A stretch of 64,000 nt of DNA from Gordius albopunctatus (taxonomy: Eukaryota): positions 16,864,001-16,928,000 of the forward strand of contig OZ193909.1 of assembly GCA_964276515.1 (NCBI GenBank), in the 5' to 3' direction. A program made the position numbers and the translations under genes. The number at the start of each line of letters is the position of its first letter. Position 1 is the stretch's first letter. Below, piece by piece: positions 25,898 to 37,742 of this stretch. The notes under the pieces were generated by a model that saw only the letters and a list, made by a program, of their open reading frames with translations, did not search any database and was not told where the DNA came from.

Positions 25898-28879
25898 TCA
25901 GTTATTTGGTCCCACATTGGTGGGGTTTGTTTTGATGAGTCTCTTCCATCTTGACCGGGTTAGTGCCATGTCTTGACGAATCTCTTTAGTTTCCATAACT
26001 TTATCGACTTGCCTTTTCCACATGACACGGGGTCGTCCTCTTCCTCTCTTCCCCGGTATTTTCATGTCTAGCACTTTTCGATTTACGTCATCCGGATCCC
26101 TTCTTAGTATATGCCCATACCACCTTAGCCGATTTTCGTTAATCATGTCCGCCATAGGTTGAATACCCATTTTTGTCATGAGAAAGTCATTCGTCATATG
26201 GTCGAGCTTAGTATACCCCAAGCTCCACCGTATCATTCTCATCTCCGTGGCTTGTAATAGCTTTCCTTCCGTGGTGTTTAACGCCCATGTTTCACTTCCA
26301 TAGAGTAACACCGGTCTTACGATGGATTTGTAAGCTTTGCTCTTCAACCATATTGGCATTTTCTTGTCGCACATTACACCGGATATACTTCGCCATTTAA
26401 GCCATCCTTTTTGAATCCGGGCATTGATTTCAGTTGCGCAACCTCCCTCTTGATGTAGCATAGAGCCGAGGTAATTAAACCTGTCTACTTTTGGGTACTT
26501 TAGGTGGTCATCCAGCGATGGGGTGCTTGTACCGTTCATTTCCATGTATACCGTTTTTCGATCATTGACCTTTAAACCATATCCAGCTAAGCGCTTTGAC
26601 CACTTTTCTGCTTCTTCGAATACCTTCTCCCTTGTTTCCTCGCATAGTACTATATCATCGGCATATAGCATACACCATGGCGATGGCTTTTGAAAGTCCC
26701 TCGTTATCGTGTCTATAATTATATTAAATAAAAAGGGACTTAAAGCAGAGCCTTGATGTAATCCAATATTAACCCGAAAAGGTTTAGAGTCTCCAACTGT
26801 CGTCCTAACGCAAGAGTTTGAGGCTTCATAGATATTTTTCATAAGCCGTATATATGCGTCAGGGATATTTTGTTTCCTCAGGCACCACCAAATTAAATCG
26901 CGGGGGACCGTGTCATAAGCTTTCTCCAAGTCGATAAAAACCATATGTAGGTCTTTCCTCTTTTCACCATACTTATCCATCATTTGTCTTAGGGCGAAGA
27001 TTGGGTCGATTGTGGATTTGCCGGCCACGAATCCGAATTGATTAGCCGATATTTCCACCTCGTTTTTCAGCCTTGTTACTAAGATCCTTTCCAAAAGCTT
27101 CAAGGAGTGGCAAGTTAGCTTGATACCTCTGTAATTGCCGCAGTCCTGAGGGTCTCCTTTCCCTTTGAATAAAGGTATAATCGTGCTTGCTCTCCATTGA
27201 TTAGGGATTCGCTCTTCTACCAATATCTTGTTAAGGAGGTTCGTCATGGTGGTGACTCCTTCTTCACGACATCCGAGCAATGCTTCCATAGGTATTCCAT
27301 CTGGGCCATTTGCTTTTCCTTTTTGCATCTTGTTCATTTGTGTCCTAACTTCATCCTTCTGAAAGAGTTCGACCATACTTATATTTGGCTCAATTTCGGG
27401 AAGGGAATCCTTGTCATTTGCAATATTCATAAGTTTCTTAAAATATCCTTTCCACCTTTCCATCACTTCCTTCGGCTTGAATAAGGTTTGACCCTTCTCG
27501 CTTTTGACTATTTTAAGAACTCCGACATCTCGACTTTTCTTCTCCCTTATCTTGGCCAATTTGTACATAAGCCTATCGCCCCCTTTATGATCCAGTTTGT
27601 TTGCCATCTCGGTGTACGCAGCATTCTTCGCTTTTGCAACGGCCTTTTTTGCGGCCCTCTTTGCGTCCCTGTACTCTTGATAATCCTCCGACTTTTTTGA
27701 TTTATGCCACCGTCTATATAGATTTTTCTTTATTTCGATGCAATCTTTAACCGATTGATCCCACCACCATAGTTCCCTATTCATAGCTTTGCCTCCTTTG
27801 GTCTGTCCTAGAACACGAATCGCTGTTTCCTTAATGTCCTTAGATAGCGTTTCCCAATCTTCGTCTACGTCCCTTTGCAACTTCCTTGCACCCAAGAGTG
27901 AGGAGGCTTTTTGATGGTATTCTTCGTTCGTCGACGTATTCTTTAGCCTTTCGTATCGAATTCGAGGTTCATATACCTTTCTTCTTTCGGGAAATACTCT
28001 TCTGTCAAGATCCATAACAAGGGGACGATGTTGCCTGGCGATTTCTTCTCCCGGTATTACTTTGCAATCTTTGATACTCCATAAGTCCTTTCGCCGTATA
28101 AGCAAATAGTCGATTTGACTAAAATGCTTCCCACTTCTATAGGTCACAATATGATCTTCGCGCTTTTGAAAATAGGTGTCAACGATCGCCATGTCATATG
28201 CTTGGGATACTTGGAGAAGTTTTTCCCCTTCTTTGTTCTTCAGACCATGCCCATAGCCTCCATGATTGCGTTCATACCCGAGACGATCTTTCCCTACGTG
28301 AGCGTTGAAATCGGCCCCAATAATTAGCCTTTCTTCCTGTCGGATTCCTTGTATTTCCTTTTCCAATGATTCGAAGAATATGTCTTTCTCTGATTCCGAA
28401 CACCCAATTTGGGGAGCATACGCGCACATAACGGTTAGGAGGCCCCCTTGATCTGCAATCTTCACCCACATTAGCCTGTCGGAACAACGTTTGACTTCCA
28501 CCACCTTGTCCTTGAACGATTCACTTAGAACGATACCGACCCCGTTTCTACGATTTGGTGACCCACTGTAGAAAAGCTTGTATCCTTCTCCTAATTCCCG
28601 AGCTTTCGTTCCGTTCCACCTCGTCTCTTGTAGGCAGGCGATGTGTACCTTTCTTCTTTTTAACATCTGTGCGACCTCGATGCTCTTCCCCGTCAACGTT
28701 CCCACATTCCAGCACGTAATTCGCATTCTTTCCACAACTAGTTTCCTTAACCGCCTTCGTTGTGAGTTGGGCAGTAACCCTAGTGTATTTTTCACATTGC
28801 ACGGGCGGGGTATGCAGTGCGCGTCGTTTGTGGAGGACGCCCTAGCCTTTTCTTGTAAAGTCTCGTTTGAAACTATCAT
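25898..28879 (-). CDS. RTE LINE polyprotein (APE endonuclease + reverse transcriptase), 993 aa, uninterrupted
   Basis: APE motifs TCWNVGTL, IACLQET, GADFNAH, SQIDY, QHRPL; RT motifs GPDGIP, NYRGIKL, FIDLEKAYD, GLHQGSALSP, YADD, FNYLGS; RTE-type tail RLRWYGHILRR...KRGRGRPR. Confidence 0.95.
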   Translation of the reverse strand: MIVSNETLQEKARASSTNDAHCIPRPCNVKNTLGLLPNSQRRRLRKLVVERMRITCWNVGTLTGKSIEVAQMLKRRKVHIACLQETRWNGTKARELGEGYKLFYSGSPNRRNGVGIVLSESFKDKVVEVKRCSDRLMWVKIADQGGLLTVMCAYAPQIGCSESEKDIFFESLEKEIQGIRQEERLIIGADFNAHVGKDRLGYERNHGGYGHGLKNKEGEKLLQVSQAYDMAIVDTYFQKREDHIVTYRSGKHFSQIDYLLIRRKDLWSIKDCKVIPGEEIARQHRPLVMDLDRRVFPERRKVYEPRIRYERLKNTSTNEEYHQKASSLLGARKLQRDVDEDWETLSKDIKETAIRVLGQTKGGKAMNRELWWWDQSVKDCIEIKKNLYRRWHKSKKSEDYQEYRDAKRAAKKAVAKAKNAAYTEMANKLDHKGGDRLMYKLAKIREKKSRDVGVLKIVKSEKGQTLFKPKEVMERWKGYFKKLMNIANDKDSLPEIEPNISMVELFQKDEVRTQMNKMQKGKANGPDGIPMEALLGCREEGVTTMTNLLNKILVEERIPNQWRASTIIPLFKGKGDPQDCGNYRGIKLTCHSLKLLERILVTRLKNEVEISANQFGFVAGKSTIDPIFALRQMMDKYGEKRKDLHMVFIDLEKAYDTVPRDLIWWCLRKQNIPDAYIRLMKNIYEASNSCVRTTVGDSKPFRVNIGLHQGSALSPFLFNIIIDTITRDFQKPSPWCMLYADDIVLCEETREKVFEEAEKWSKRLAGYGLKVNDRKTVYMEMNGTSTPSLDDHLKYPKVDRFNYLGSMLHQEGGCATEINARIQKGWLKWRSISGVMCDKKMPIWLKSKAYKSIVRPVLLYGSETWALNTTEGKLLQATEMRMIRWSLGYTKLDHMTNDFLMTKMGIQPMADMINENRLRWYGHILRRDPDDVNRKVLDMKIPGKRGRGRPRVMWKRQVDKVMETKEIRQDMALTRSRWKRLIKTNPTNVGPNN

Positions 28880-28920
28880 AAATTTTGGAGTTGATTTTTA
28901 TAGCCGGTTTCCGACCTGAC

Positions 28921-28960
28921 GCCAACCCTCCACTTTTTGCACACGGACTTGGGACCGTCG
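28921..28960 (-). ncRNA. Twister-ribozyme-like core at the LINE 5' end (5' strand missing)
   Basis: Minus strand ACGG-UCCCAAGU-CCGU-GUGCAAAAA-GUGGAGGG-UUGGC closely matches the twister core CCGG-UCCCAAGC-CCGG-AUAAAA-GUGGAGGG, with a compensatory A-U pair. Confidence 0.65.
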
Positions 28961-29907
28961 TATTTTTTTGAATTTTATCTTAATTCTTGATTTTTTTGGA
29001 TAAAAACCAGGATTAAAAAACATTATAATGTCAAATTAAAGTGGCAAATTATACACAAAAACAATATAATACATTATTTAAAAACAACATTAAGCCCGAA
29101 TCGCCCGAATCTTGTTATGGTGCCCGCCCGAAAGTCAAAATTTACGACAGTTGTCGGGCCCGTGGACCAGGTGGGCAGGTTCGAGCAGCGGGCCTGTCCA
29201 GGCATTTCTGTTCTCTGGTTTAGATATCTAACATTTATGATTAAATCGCTTAATTTAGCTTATTTAAGGTTTGCCTACAATTTTCACTTCTGTGAAAATG
29301 TTCGATTTGCTAGTTATAAAATTTTCAATTTCCTTCAAAAATATTTATGTTTCATCAATTATTTAACTTGCGAAAAATATTTATTCTAGTACTCACAACC
29401 AATTCATTACTAATTCTGGGGGAAAGAAATGTCTGAAGTCTGAAATTTTTAAAGAGTTTTCATAAAAGGCTTTTAAACACAAAAAAATAAATTATTTTAC
29501 TAATGAAAATTCGATAATTAAACCAGGGGTAAAGCAGGTCAAATGAAGAAGAAGTTGGAAAATTTAAAGGTGTTTTCTATAAAGCTTGATCTGTCCCCAC
29601 TATGAAATTGGGATTTTTCATGGTTAATAGATACCTATTGTTTTTTACAAAATAAACTTTAATCAATTGTTTTGTAGAGTTGCCTTTCAGGTGGTTTTGA
29701 ATTGGGCTTTCCGCCGCTTAGGATAAAATTATATCGGCCAAGTGGGTTTGTGGTTTTAAGAACCATTGATACGATGTTTCAGGAACAGGATCACATCCCC
29801 TATTGTCACATACGGGTTTATAAATTATTTTTAAAGTGTCGATACTGAAGGTAATGTTAAGTGACAGTCGATCTCCTGCTAAATTATTGTGTACTGTAGT
29901 GTCCGCC

Positions 29908-30206
29908 AAATGGGTATTCAACCTATGGCGGACATGATTAACGAAAATTGGCTAAGATAGTATGGGCATCATTTACTAAGAAGGGACACGAATGACCTAA
30001 ATCGAAAAGGAGTGGACATTGAGGTATCGTGGAAGAGAGGAAGCGGACGATCCCGTGTCACGTGGAAAGGGCAAGTCGATAAAATTATGAAAACAAGAGA
30101 GATTAGTAAGGACATGGCACTCACCCGGTCAATATGAAAGAAACTTATTAAAACAAACCACACGATTGTGGGACCAAATAACTGATAAAGAAGTAGAAGA
30201 ATAAGA
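29908..30206 (+). mobile_element. 5'-truncated, decayed copy of the same RTE family
   Basis: Matches the last ~290 nt of the RTE (AAATGGGTATTCAACCTATGGCGGACATG...GGGACCAAATAACTGATAAAGAAG) in the opposite orientation, with stop codons and indels. Confidence 0.9.
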
Positions 30207-33200
30207 GTTTTTTTCCAATTTATAATGTTCAATAATTGCTACAATAATGGCATGTTGAATTTCGTCACAAAGCTCTTTTTCACGGATCAAGTTGTTATGC
30301 CTCTGATAAATGCGTTTGCCTATATTTTAATTAGATGTCCTATTTTCCCCAACGCAAACATTCGCAAAATTTTGCAGTGAAAATAAGGAACATAGGAAAA
30401 TAATTGAAAAAATAGGGGAGATGCTGGAAAAATAATTTGAGAGTCCAATTAGATATAATAGATAAAAAAACCAACCAATTAACATCAAATTTATAAAGAT
30501 TTATTCAGATTTTTACAAAAAACGGTGAATTAATTTAATACATACTTACTGGGAATAACCAATTGGTGAGTTAAAAATTTGAATTAGTAATATAAGTAGA
30601 AAAACCAACCAATTAACATTAAATTTAAAAAGATTTGTTGAGATTTTTGCAAAAAAAGGTGAATTAATTTAATACGTGCACCAAAAAACTTATATATATA
30701 ATAACTAGCGTTATAAACGTGAATCGCTATTAATTGGTATCTGATTCATATTTCTCCATATCCTCATCTGTAAGCTCTGAGGAAGACTCAGTTTAATATG
30801 ATCGGGGAATTTGTGGGATTGATGAGATGTAAATTGTGTCTAATGCCCTATTCTATTAGCCAATTTGTTTCTAAGTTTATTATGAACATAGACTAGATAG
30901 AGTGCTCATGCCATTTTTCCTCCATTTTGAATAGAGCAACTGGTGTATTTTATTTAACCCCATGTAATTTTGCCCTATAACATTCAATTTACCTTACTCA
31001 CTAGTTTATAAATTAAAACGAACGTCAATAAATTAATATTATACGAAATATTGATGGCGCTATATTATTAAACAATCATTAATCGCAGTTTTTACATTTT
31101 AAATTTTTATGTATTCTTGTAAATGGTATTTATTGTAAAATGCTGTTTTTGGTATATACCCAATTCAATATTTTTTTATTCACCTTTTTAAGATTATTTA
31201 ATATGCGCGTTAGCACAATATGTGCTCTCTGTTTGGTGCACTAGGTAGAACATTAGCATATAAAAATGCTCGAGGACCGAGCAGAAACTCGAGCAGATGG
31301 TATCTGGAGTTGAAGAAAGTTGGCAATTTAACAACTCTACCCACACTCGACCCAGCTTCCTTCTCTGCCACGAAATTCAGCAAGATTCATCACAAATATT
31401 CCTAGGTTGAGTTTCATATTAAGGCGGAAGCGGGTAACACAGCCAATCGCTACCTAAATCTTCGCCGCTAAAGGAGGCTGACGATTCTTTTAACCTCCCC
31501 CCCCCCTGGAGGAGGGAAAGGGTGGAGGAAGGGGACAAATAAATTTCGGTCTTTGACCGGGTTGAGATAAATTAGAAGTAAGCAACGGTCATCATTGATT
31601 TGCAGCGTAATTATCCGATATATAGCAACAACCTAGACAAGTTGCCCAAAGAAAAGCATTAATATTGGTGTTAGTGATCAGTCGGGCACAAAAACAATAA
31701 TTGAATATTTGAGCACGAACGAGGTCGAAAAAAGTAAAGCCAATCAGCGGTCAGCTAATGTATCTGCGAAAGCAAAATAAAAGTTTTTCACGGAAGCATA
31801 TGTCCGCAACCATCAAAAACCAGTATGAGTTTCCACGGCAACAATTATTGAAAATTTACAAGTTGGACAGGGCGGAGGGACAACCAAAAGCGAGCCCATA
31901 CATTGCATAGCGATTAATATGATAAACTGAAAGGGAAATTCCCTGGAATTTTAATTAACATTCGCTAATCTATATAAAACAATGCCATATTTACTTTTAC
32001 TCGAAACTTTATAAAATCTCGTCTTCCCTCAATTAATGCACGATTTAATTATGCTTTAATGAATTCATAACAATTTAGATGATTTTAATTTCGACACAAT
32101 TGAAGTATTTTATGTCCAAGAAGCTTTTAAAAGATTGCAAAAAAAATATACCTACATTGTTTTATAAAAACTATAAAGGTTTGAGGCATAAATATTCTAA
32201 ATTAATATTACATTAAAGTGTTATTCATCATCGTATTAAAGTTTAGTATATGACCCTGATTTAAATTGCACCTTGTAAAATCTGTCCAAGTATATGAATC
32301 ACGTTTATAAGGTCAAAAAAATATTCGTTAAAAATTTTTATTTGATTAATTTTGTGTATTTTACAAACGAATTTTGTAACGAGTAATATTTCAAACACAG
32401 GCTTATGTAAATTTTCCATATAGCAGAGTAAATAGCTGTTACAATCCGATTTCAAAACAAGATTATCGAACATATTAATAAGTTACCTTTATTTATTTAC
32501 GATTTTGTGAGACCTTTTTTCATCTAATTTTTATAAAAATTGAAACCCATTTAAGACATCAATTGCATAGCAATTCAAGCAGTAGGCGCATGGGCGTAGT
32601 CAACATAGGGATTGAAGGTGGGGGCAATAATGATTTAGCGAGGGGCAAAATGATCATTTTTTGAAATTTTAGCCATTAATAAATTTTATTAAAGTTAACT
32701 TAAAAAGTATTATATGGGATAAATTCTCTTAAAGAAATAATATTTATTCCTAACAAATTTTTACAACATTTCTATTCATAAGGTCATGGCAACCCAAATT
32801 TGTTGAATGAAGGCTGCTTTGCAAGTTGGCCTAACCAAAAATGCAATCATACGAAATATTACAGTGGCAGAGTATCGCCTAATATGTTTTGCGCAGGCGA
32901 GGAATCTGGCGGTGTTGACGCGTGCAGGGTAAGTCTTTATATAAATTTTTGAGACTTTCAATTTAGTATTTTGTTAAATTGAGTCTTTGAGCTTTTTTAA
33001 TGCAAATTTTGCGGCAATAAAAAAATTTCCTTTCAATTTCCACTCCTATAATTTAACAAAGTTTGGGTCACACACAATAAAATAGATAACGGCAGAGTCA
33101 CTTTTATTTAACCCGAACCCGACCCAAAACCATTTTAAAATTTTCTACCCAAACCCGAGCTAGCCCGACCCGAAAGCGTTGAAATTATTTAACCTAATCT

Positions 33201-33334
33201 TTGTCGAACGTGTTTCAAATTTTTATACCCGACGCGAGAGTAAGAAAAATGTAATCAAAAATCGTTAAATCCAACACGATTTCCATACATGGATCAATGC
33301 CATCGGTTTAGTTATAGCGCGTTTTTACGTGAAC

Positions 33335-33682
33335 AGAGGCCAGATTTGGCCCGGCCCATGGGCCCTGTCGTAATTTTTAATTTTCGGGCGGGCCAGGGCG
33401 GGCACCATAACAAGATTCGGGAAATTTGGGATCAATTTTGTTTTTAAAATAATGTATTATATTGTTTTGTGTATATTTTGCCACTTCTTTAATTGATTTC
33501 ATAATGTTTGTTAATCCTAGTTCTCATTTTAAAAAAAATCAAAAATTAAGATAAAATTTTTAAAACACACGATTTCGGGCCGGGCAGCTGGGATATTCGG
33601 GCATTGTCGGGCGGGGAGATTAATTCTGAAATCCGACCATGCCGGGTTCGGGCAGAAAAATCCTAACAAATCTGACATCTGG
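33335..33682. mobile_element. CGGGC-rich MITE nested in a larger CCGACCCG-type element (~33075-34453)
   Basis: Ends CAGAGGCCAGATTTG / CAAATCTGACATCTG. Half of a sister copy lies inverted at 28961-29217. The host element is homologous to 55010-55864. Confidence 0.7.
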
Positions 33683-34598
33683 TCGTGAATGTAAATTTTT
33701 TTATACCATTTAAAAAAGAATTTGTATATAGATCAAAAAAGTAAAGATCGATTTACGAAATTAATTAATAGAACGAATATTTACCGTTTGTTTTTAATTT
33801 TGATCACTATATTTGTTTATATAATTTATTATAATGATGTATCAATATGATAGTATCTACAATATCTGGTCGCAATTAACAGGAAATATATATTATATTT
33901 GAAATTAATTATAAAATTGCGGTTTTGTTAATATTTTTAAAAAGATAATAATAACCCCTTTTAGGAGTGTCCCAATTAACTTAAACGTATACACTTAATT
34001 AGCGCCATCTATACTCAATTTTAATATCTTTTTTTTTAGCTTCTAGAGGGTGTTAATAATGATTCAGAGAGGGAAAAAAACTTTGGTTCATGACTATATA
34101 TTCATGTAGTTTAGATTAATAATGAAATACACCTCCCACTATTCAAATACAATTAAAAAATTAATTGCTATGCAATTTTTTGATATAATTTCACATTCAT
34201 CGTGTAAATCAAAATAATCAGATTTAATTTTTTTTTTGTTAAATAAACAAAATGAATTTAATACACTGAGTTAATTATATTTTTCGATATTTATTTAAAT
34301 TATTATTATACTACATAGCATCAACTTAAAAGATACGTCTCCTGTATTTTCCAATGTAAGATTCGTAACCTTAGACCCGACACTTTAAATCCAAACCCGA
34401 TCCGACCCCAAAGCATTTTAAAACCAACCCATCGGGTCCGGGTCGGGTTTGGGGTCACGTGTGCAGGTCTTTACTATGAAATCACATGAATACGTAGAAT
34501 TTATTTAATCCATTATTAGACTATATTAAACGCATCCAAATTGGGTTTTCTGAGAAACATTTTAATGCGTAAAATACCCCATTACAATGCATTGGGTT

Positions 34599-34831
34599 TG
34601 TAACGAAGTGGCCGGGTCAAGAAACAGATATTAATTCAAAAGACAGAGACTGTTTTATTAGGTGGATAAGGCTTTATATACACATAGCGAAAGACATATA
34701 TAAAAGTAGTAATCAATTAAGAGATAATATACGGTGTGTAAACTAAGGTATATTCAAATATCTGTGACCGCGCTCAAGTATAGGAAAAACGCGTGTATTC
34801 AAATTGAAACCTTGAATGCCGCTACACTACA
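34599..34831 (-). mobile_element. Solo LTR
   Basis: TGTA...TACA termini; 5-bp TSD GGGTT (34594-34598, 34832-34836); AATAAA on the minus strand. Confidence 0.8.
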
Positions 34832-36281
34832 GGGTTCATATTAATTCAAATGAAAAATTTAATATTTATTCCCGATTTAATAATATTAAAAGTGCCAAGA
34901 GAAGGTAGTCATTTCAAGACCAATCATATTTTAAATAAAATCATGTCATCTCATATATATTGATAAAATCATGTTCGTAGCAAAGGGAGGGGGGGGGGCA
35001 GGAAGGGGCGGCTGCCACCCTCTAAATCCAAAAATAAAATTTCAAAAAACGTGCATTTTGCCCCCCCCCCCATTGCTATCCTCCACCTATAATTTCAATA
35101 CTGGCTAGGCCCATGGATACAATTCATAAAAGGTAAAAAATATTATAAAACTCTAAATTTTCGTTTTTAGATTAGTTAAAAAATGAAGCTTTGTTTTATT
35201 ATCAAAATACATTTATTTTACATTTCCAGGTTTTTAATGTGAATTATAATTAGTAAAGCGAATAATTGGTTTACCATATTACTTATCATAAACTAGCCAC
35301 TCATGCTTGTTACGAATTTCAAATGCTTGTGACCTTTTTATATACATATTCACGGGCATAGTCAATGAGAGGCAGGTAGGGGTGGCTACCCCCCCCCCCC
35401 CCAAATCTAATAATTCTTTAAAATGTATAATAATTATAGCCAAAATAAGGAAAAAATGATTATTTTTTCCCTCTCTAAATCATTATTGCCCCCCTCTAAT
35501 TTTAATCCTGCCCACGCCCATTCATTATATTCTGGTTCTTAAAAGAGAAAGTATTTTATGTGGACCACTTTATTGTCACGTAGGTGATAGTCAAATGGGG
35601 AATCATATGTCTCGAAGTCTATAAACCTGGTGTTTACGTAAATTTGGCAAGGTATATAGAGTGGATACGGCAAAACTCAAAATTTTAATATTTACGTAAA
35701 TATATACAATTATCATGGTAAATATTTCGATAAATATATTTGATCTCTTCTACAAGCATATTTCCAAATCTTATATTTATTTAACTGTGAGGGATCGCTA
35801 GGATACTTTTAATTTTCCCCAGCTTCGTGAATGTGTACATGAATTTCCATCAACTCTAAAACCCCATTGCCCCCCCCCCTTGCGCCGACCAGCTTCTGGC
35901 AATGGGTTTTATCTTTTTATTGCCGTACACTCAAGAAAAAGACGGCGCAATTCCAATCAATAAAATGTCTGAATCTATACGCGCGAGTTCTAAACTATGT
36001 TATGTATAGAGACATATACTTTTTTATGATGCTCGTTGAATGATACTACTTTAAGCATTTTAGAAATTATATTACAATAAAGAAGAAATATTGGGGTAGA
36101 AGAATCATTATTAAATTAAATGGATTTTTATTAGTGAAATATATTTGTATAAAAAATAATAGTTAAATGCCCTACTTATTGTTATAATTAAACTGGAGGT
36201 ATCGATTAATTTTATAATTAATTAATACTCGTATATATAAAGCAAAAAAATTATTTGAACTATGTTTATCTATATATATAT

Positions 36282-37266
36282 TAGAGCTGTTAAAGGGATT
36301 AGTTACTTGGAACTAGTTCTTTTTTAAAATGAGGAACTGGAACTGGAATTAGTTCCATTTTTCACAATTTATCGCAAAAGGAACTACTTACAAGTTCCCT
36401 TTAAGTTCCTTTTGCCAATTTCAATTTGCATTAAAAAATTTTAAATTAATTTATAATTTAAATATTATTTAGTATTTTATTCACGGTAGTGTTAAATAAA
36501 TTTTTCGATTTATGGTAATTTATATAAAGTTCATTTCCTTCAATTGGTTTTTAATTTTTATCATATTCCTAGTAATAGTAAGTTTATAAATATTAAATAT
36601 ATAATCTTTTGATTTTAGATATGAGCAGTGGCGTACGCAAGGGGAGGGTTTTAGGGTTCAAACCCCCCCCCCCCGCGGATTTCGAAAAAATATTTTTTAT
36701 TTTCTAATATCGCATTATATAATAAATATTGGAGATAATTTTTTCCCATACTATTTCATCAAATTATATGATATGACGTTTATAATAAATATTTTTTGTG
36801 AATGTTTTTGGATTTAAATAAATTGTAAAATTAATATGATTTTTATTTAACCCCCCCCCCCCCCCCCGTAGAAAAATCCTGCGTACGCCCCTGGATATGA
36901 GTGACATTACCATAATTAAACCTGAAAATATACCCTGGCCTTTATTTGAGAATATTTTTACGATTTTGGGCAAATTTTTATTTTTAGACAAGCGAACATG
37001 TCTTTTAGATGACAACTTTGAAAATAATATTTTGTTAAAATCAAATAAACATTTATTACATTATGATTTTTATAAATTGTAATATATAACATATTGGTTT
37101 TATGAATTAATAAAAGATGTTTGTACATTTAAAAAAGGAACTTCAAAAGGAACTGGAACTAGTTCCTTTTTAAAATGAGGAACTAGGAACTGGAATTAGT
37201 TCCATTTTAGGCAAAGGAACTGGAACTTGACAAGTTCCTTTTTAAAAGGAACTTTTAACAGCTCTA
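36282..37266 (+). mobile_element. Internally deleted hAT element inserted in a (TA)n tract
   Basis: TIR TAGAGCTGTTAAA / TTTAACAGCTCTA; TSD ATATATAT; GGAACT subterminal repeats; transposase N- and C-terminal remnant at 36897-37082. Confidence 0.85.
36626..36893. mobile_element. MITE (CAGTGGCGTACGCA) nested in the hAT remnant
   Basis: TIR CAGTGGCGTACGCA / TGCGTACGCCCCTG; perfect TSD GATATGAG. Confidence 0.9.
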
Positions 37267-37742
37267 ATATATATATATATATTAGTAAACATTTTTCTTA
37301 GTAATTATATTTAGCCTTAAAATTTAGATGTAAAAAATAAATCATAGGTGTTGAAACCTTGAGGTCGTGAAAAACCTCAAACCTAATTTATAAAACCTAA
37401 ATGATAAAATATGTGGCAGGCAAATGATTAGAACTTATTATTGACTAACGTTTGTTAATTATAATCTATTTTCATCCGAAATTAAATGGAGGTGTTTCGC
37501 AAAATGAATATCGCTTTACGGGGTTATCGGAGGATGCATTTATACAATATTGTTTGTTGATATAATAATAATTGGGAAGAAGCTATTATTTTCTATATAG
37601 CTAAATTGCGCTTATTCAAGGCAACTGATTGTTCTTTTCAAAAAGGTTATAGCACGTGAATGCTAATTGTTAAAGTTATTTATCACCCTTTATAATCAAA
37701 GTCAACAAATAAAAGTTTTTTAATAAGCGAAATATAAATTAA

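Larger units (their letters stand above)
25883..28960 (-). mobile_element. Near full-length RTE-clade non-LTR retrotransposon
   Basis: Single EN+RT ORF; 3' (GAA)n microsatellite tail directly after the stop codons; short structured 5' leader; no TSD found. Confidence 0.93.
29678..35688 (+). pseudogene. Degenerate trypsin-like (S1) serine protease
   Basis: Exon 32783-32928 (aag|...|gtaagt) reads LNEGC...KCNHTKYYSGRVSPNMFCAGEESGGVDACR. Exon 35584-35688 reads VIVKWGIIC..YKPGVYVNLARYIEWIRQN*. Decayed 5' pieces: LPFQVVL / IISAKWV...NH* (29678-29770) and YNNGMLNF...LFFTDQVVMP (~30240-30300). No GDSGG motif. Confidence 0.75.

Noticed and set aside
27197..28919. Plus-strand and alternate-frame ORFs over the LINE
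   Set aside because: Shadows of the 993-aa RTE ORF.
30466..30676. Two ~80-bp direct repeats, and a 26-bp tandem near 39985
   Set aside because: Ordinary local duplications in AT-rich or TE-derived DNA.
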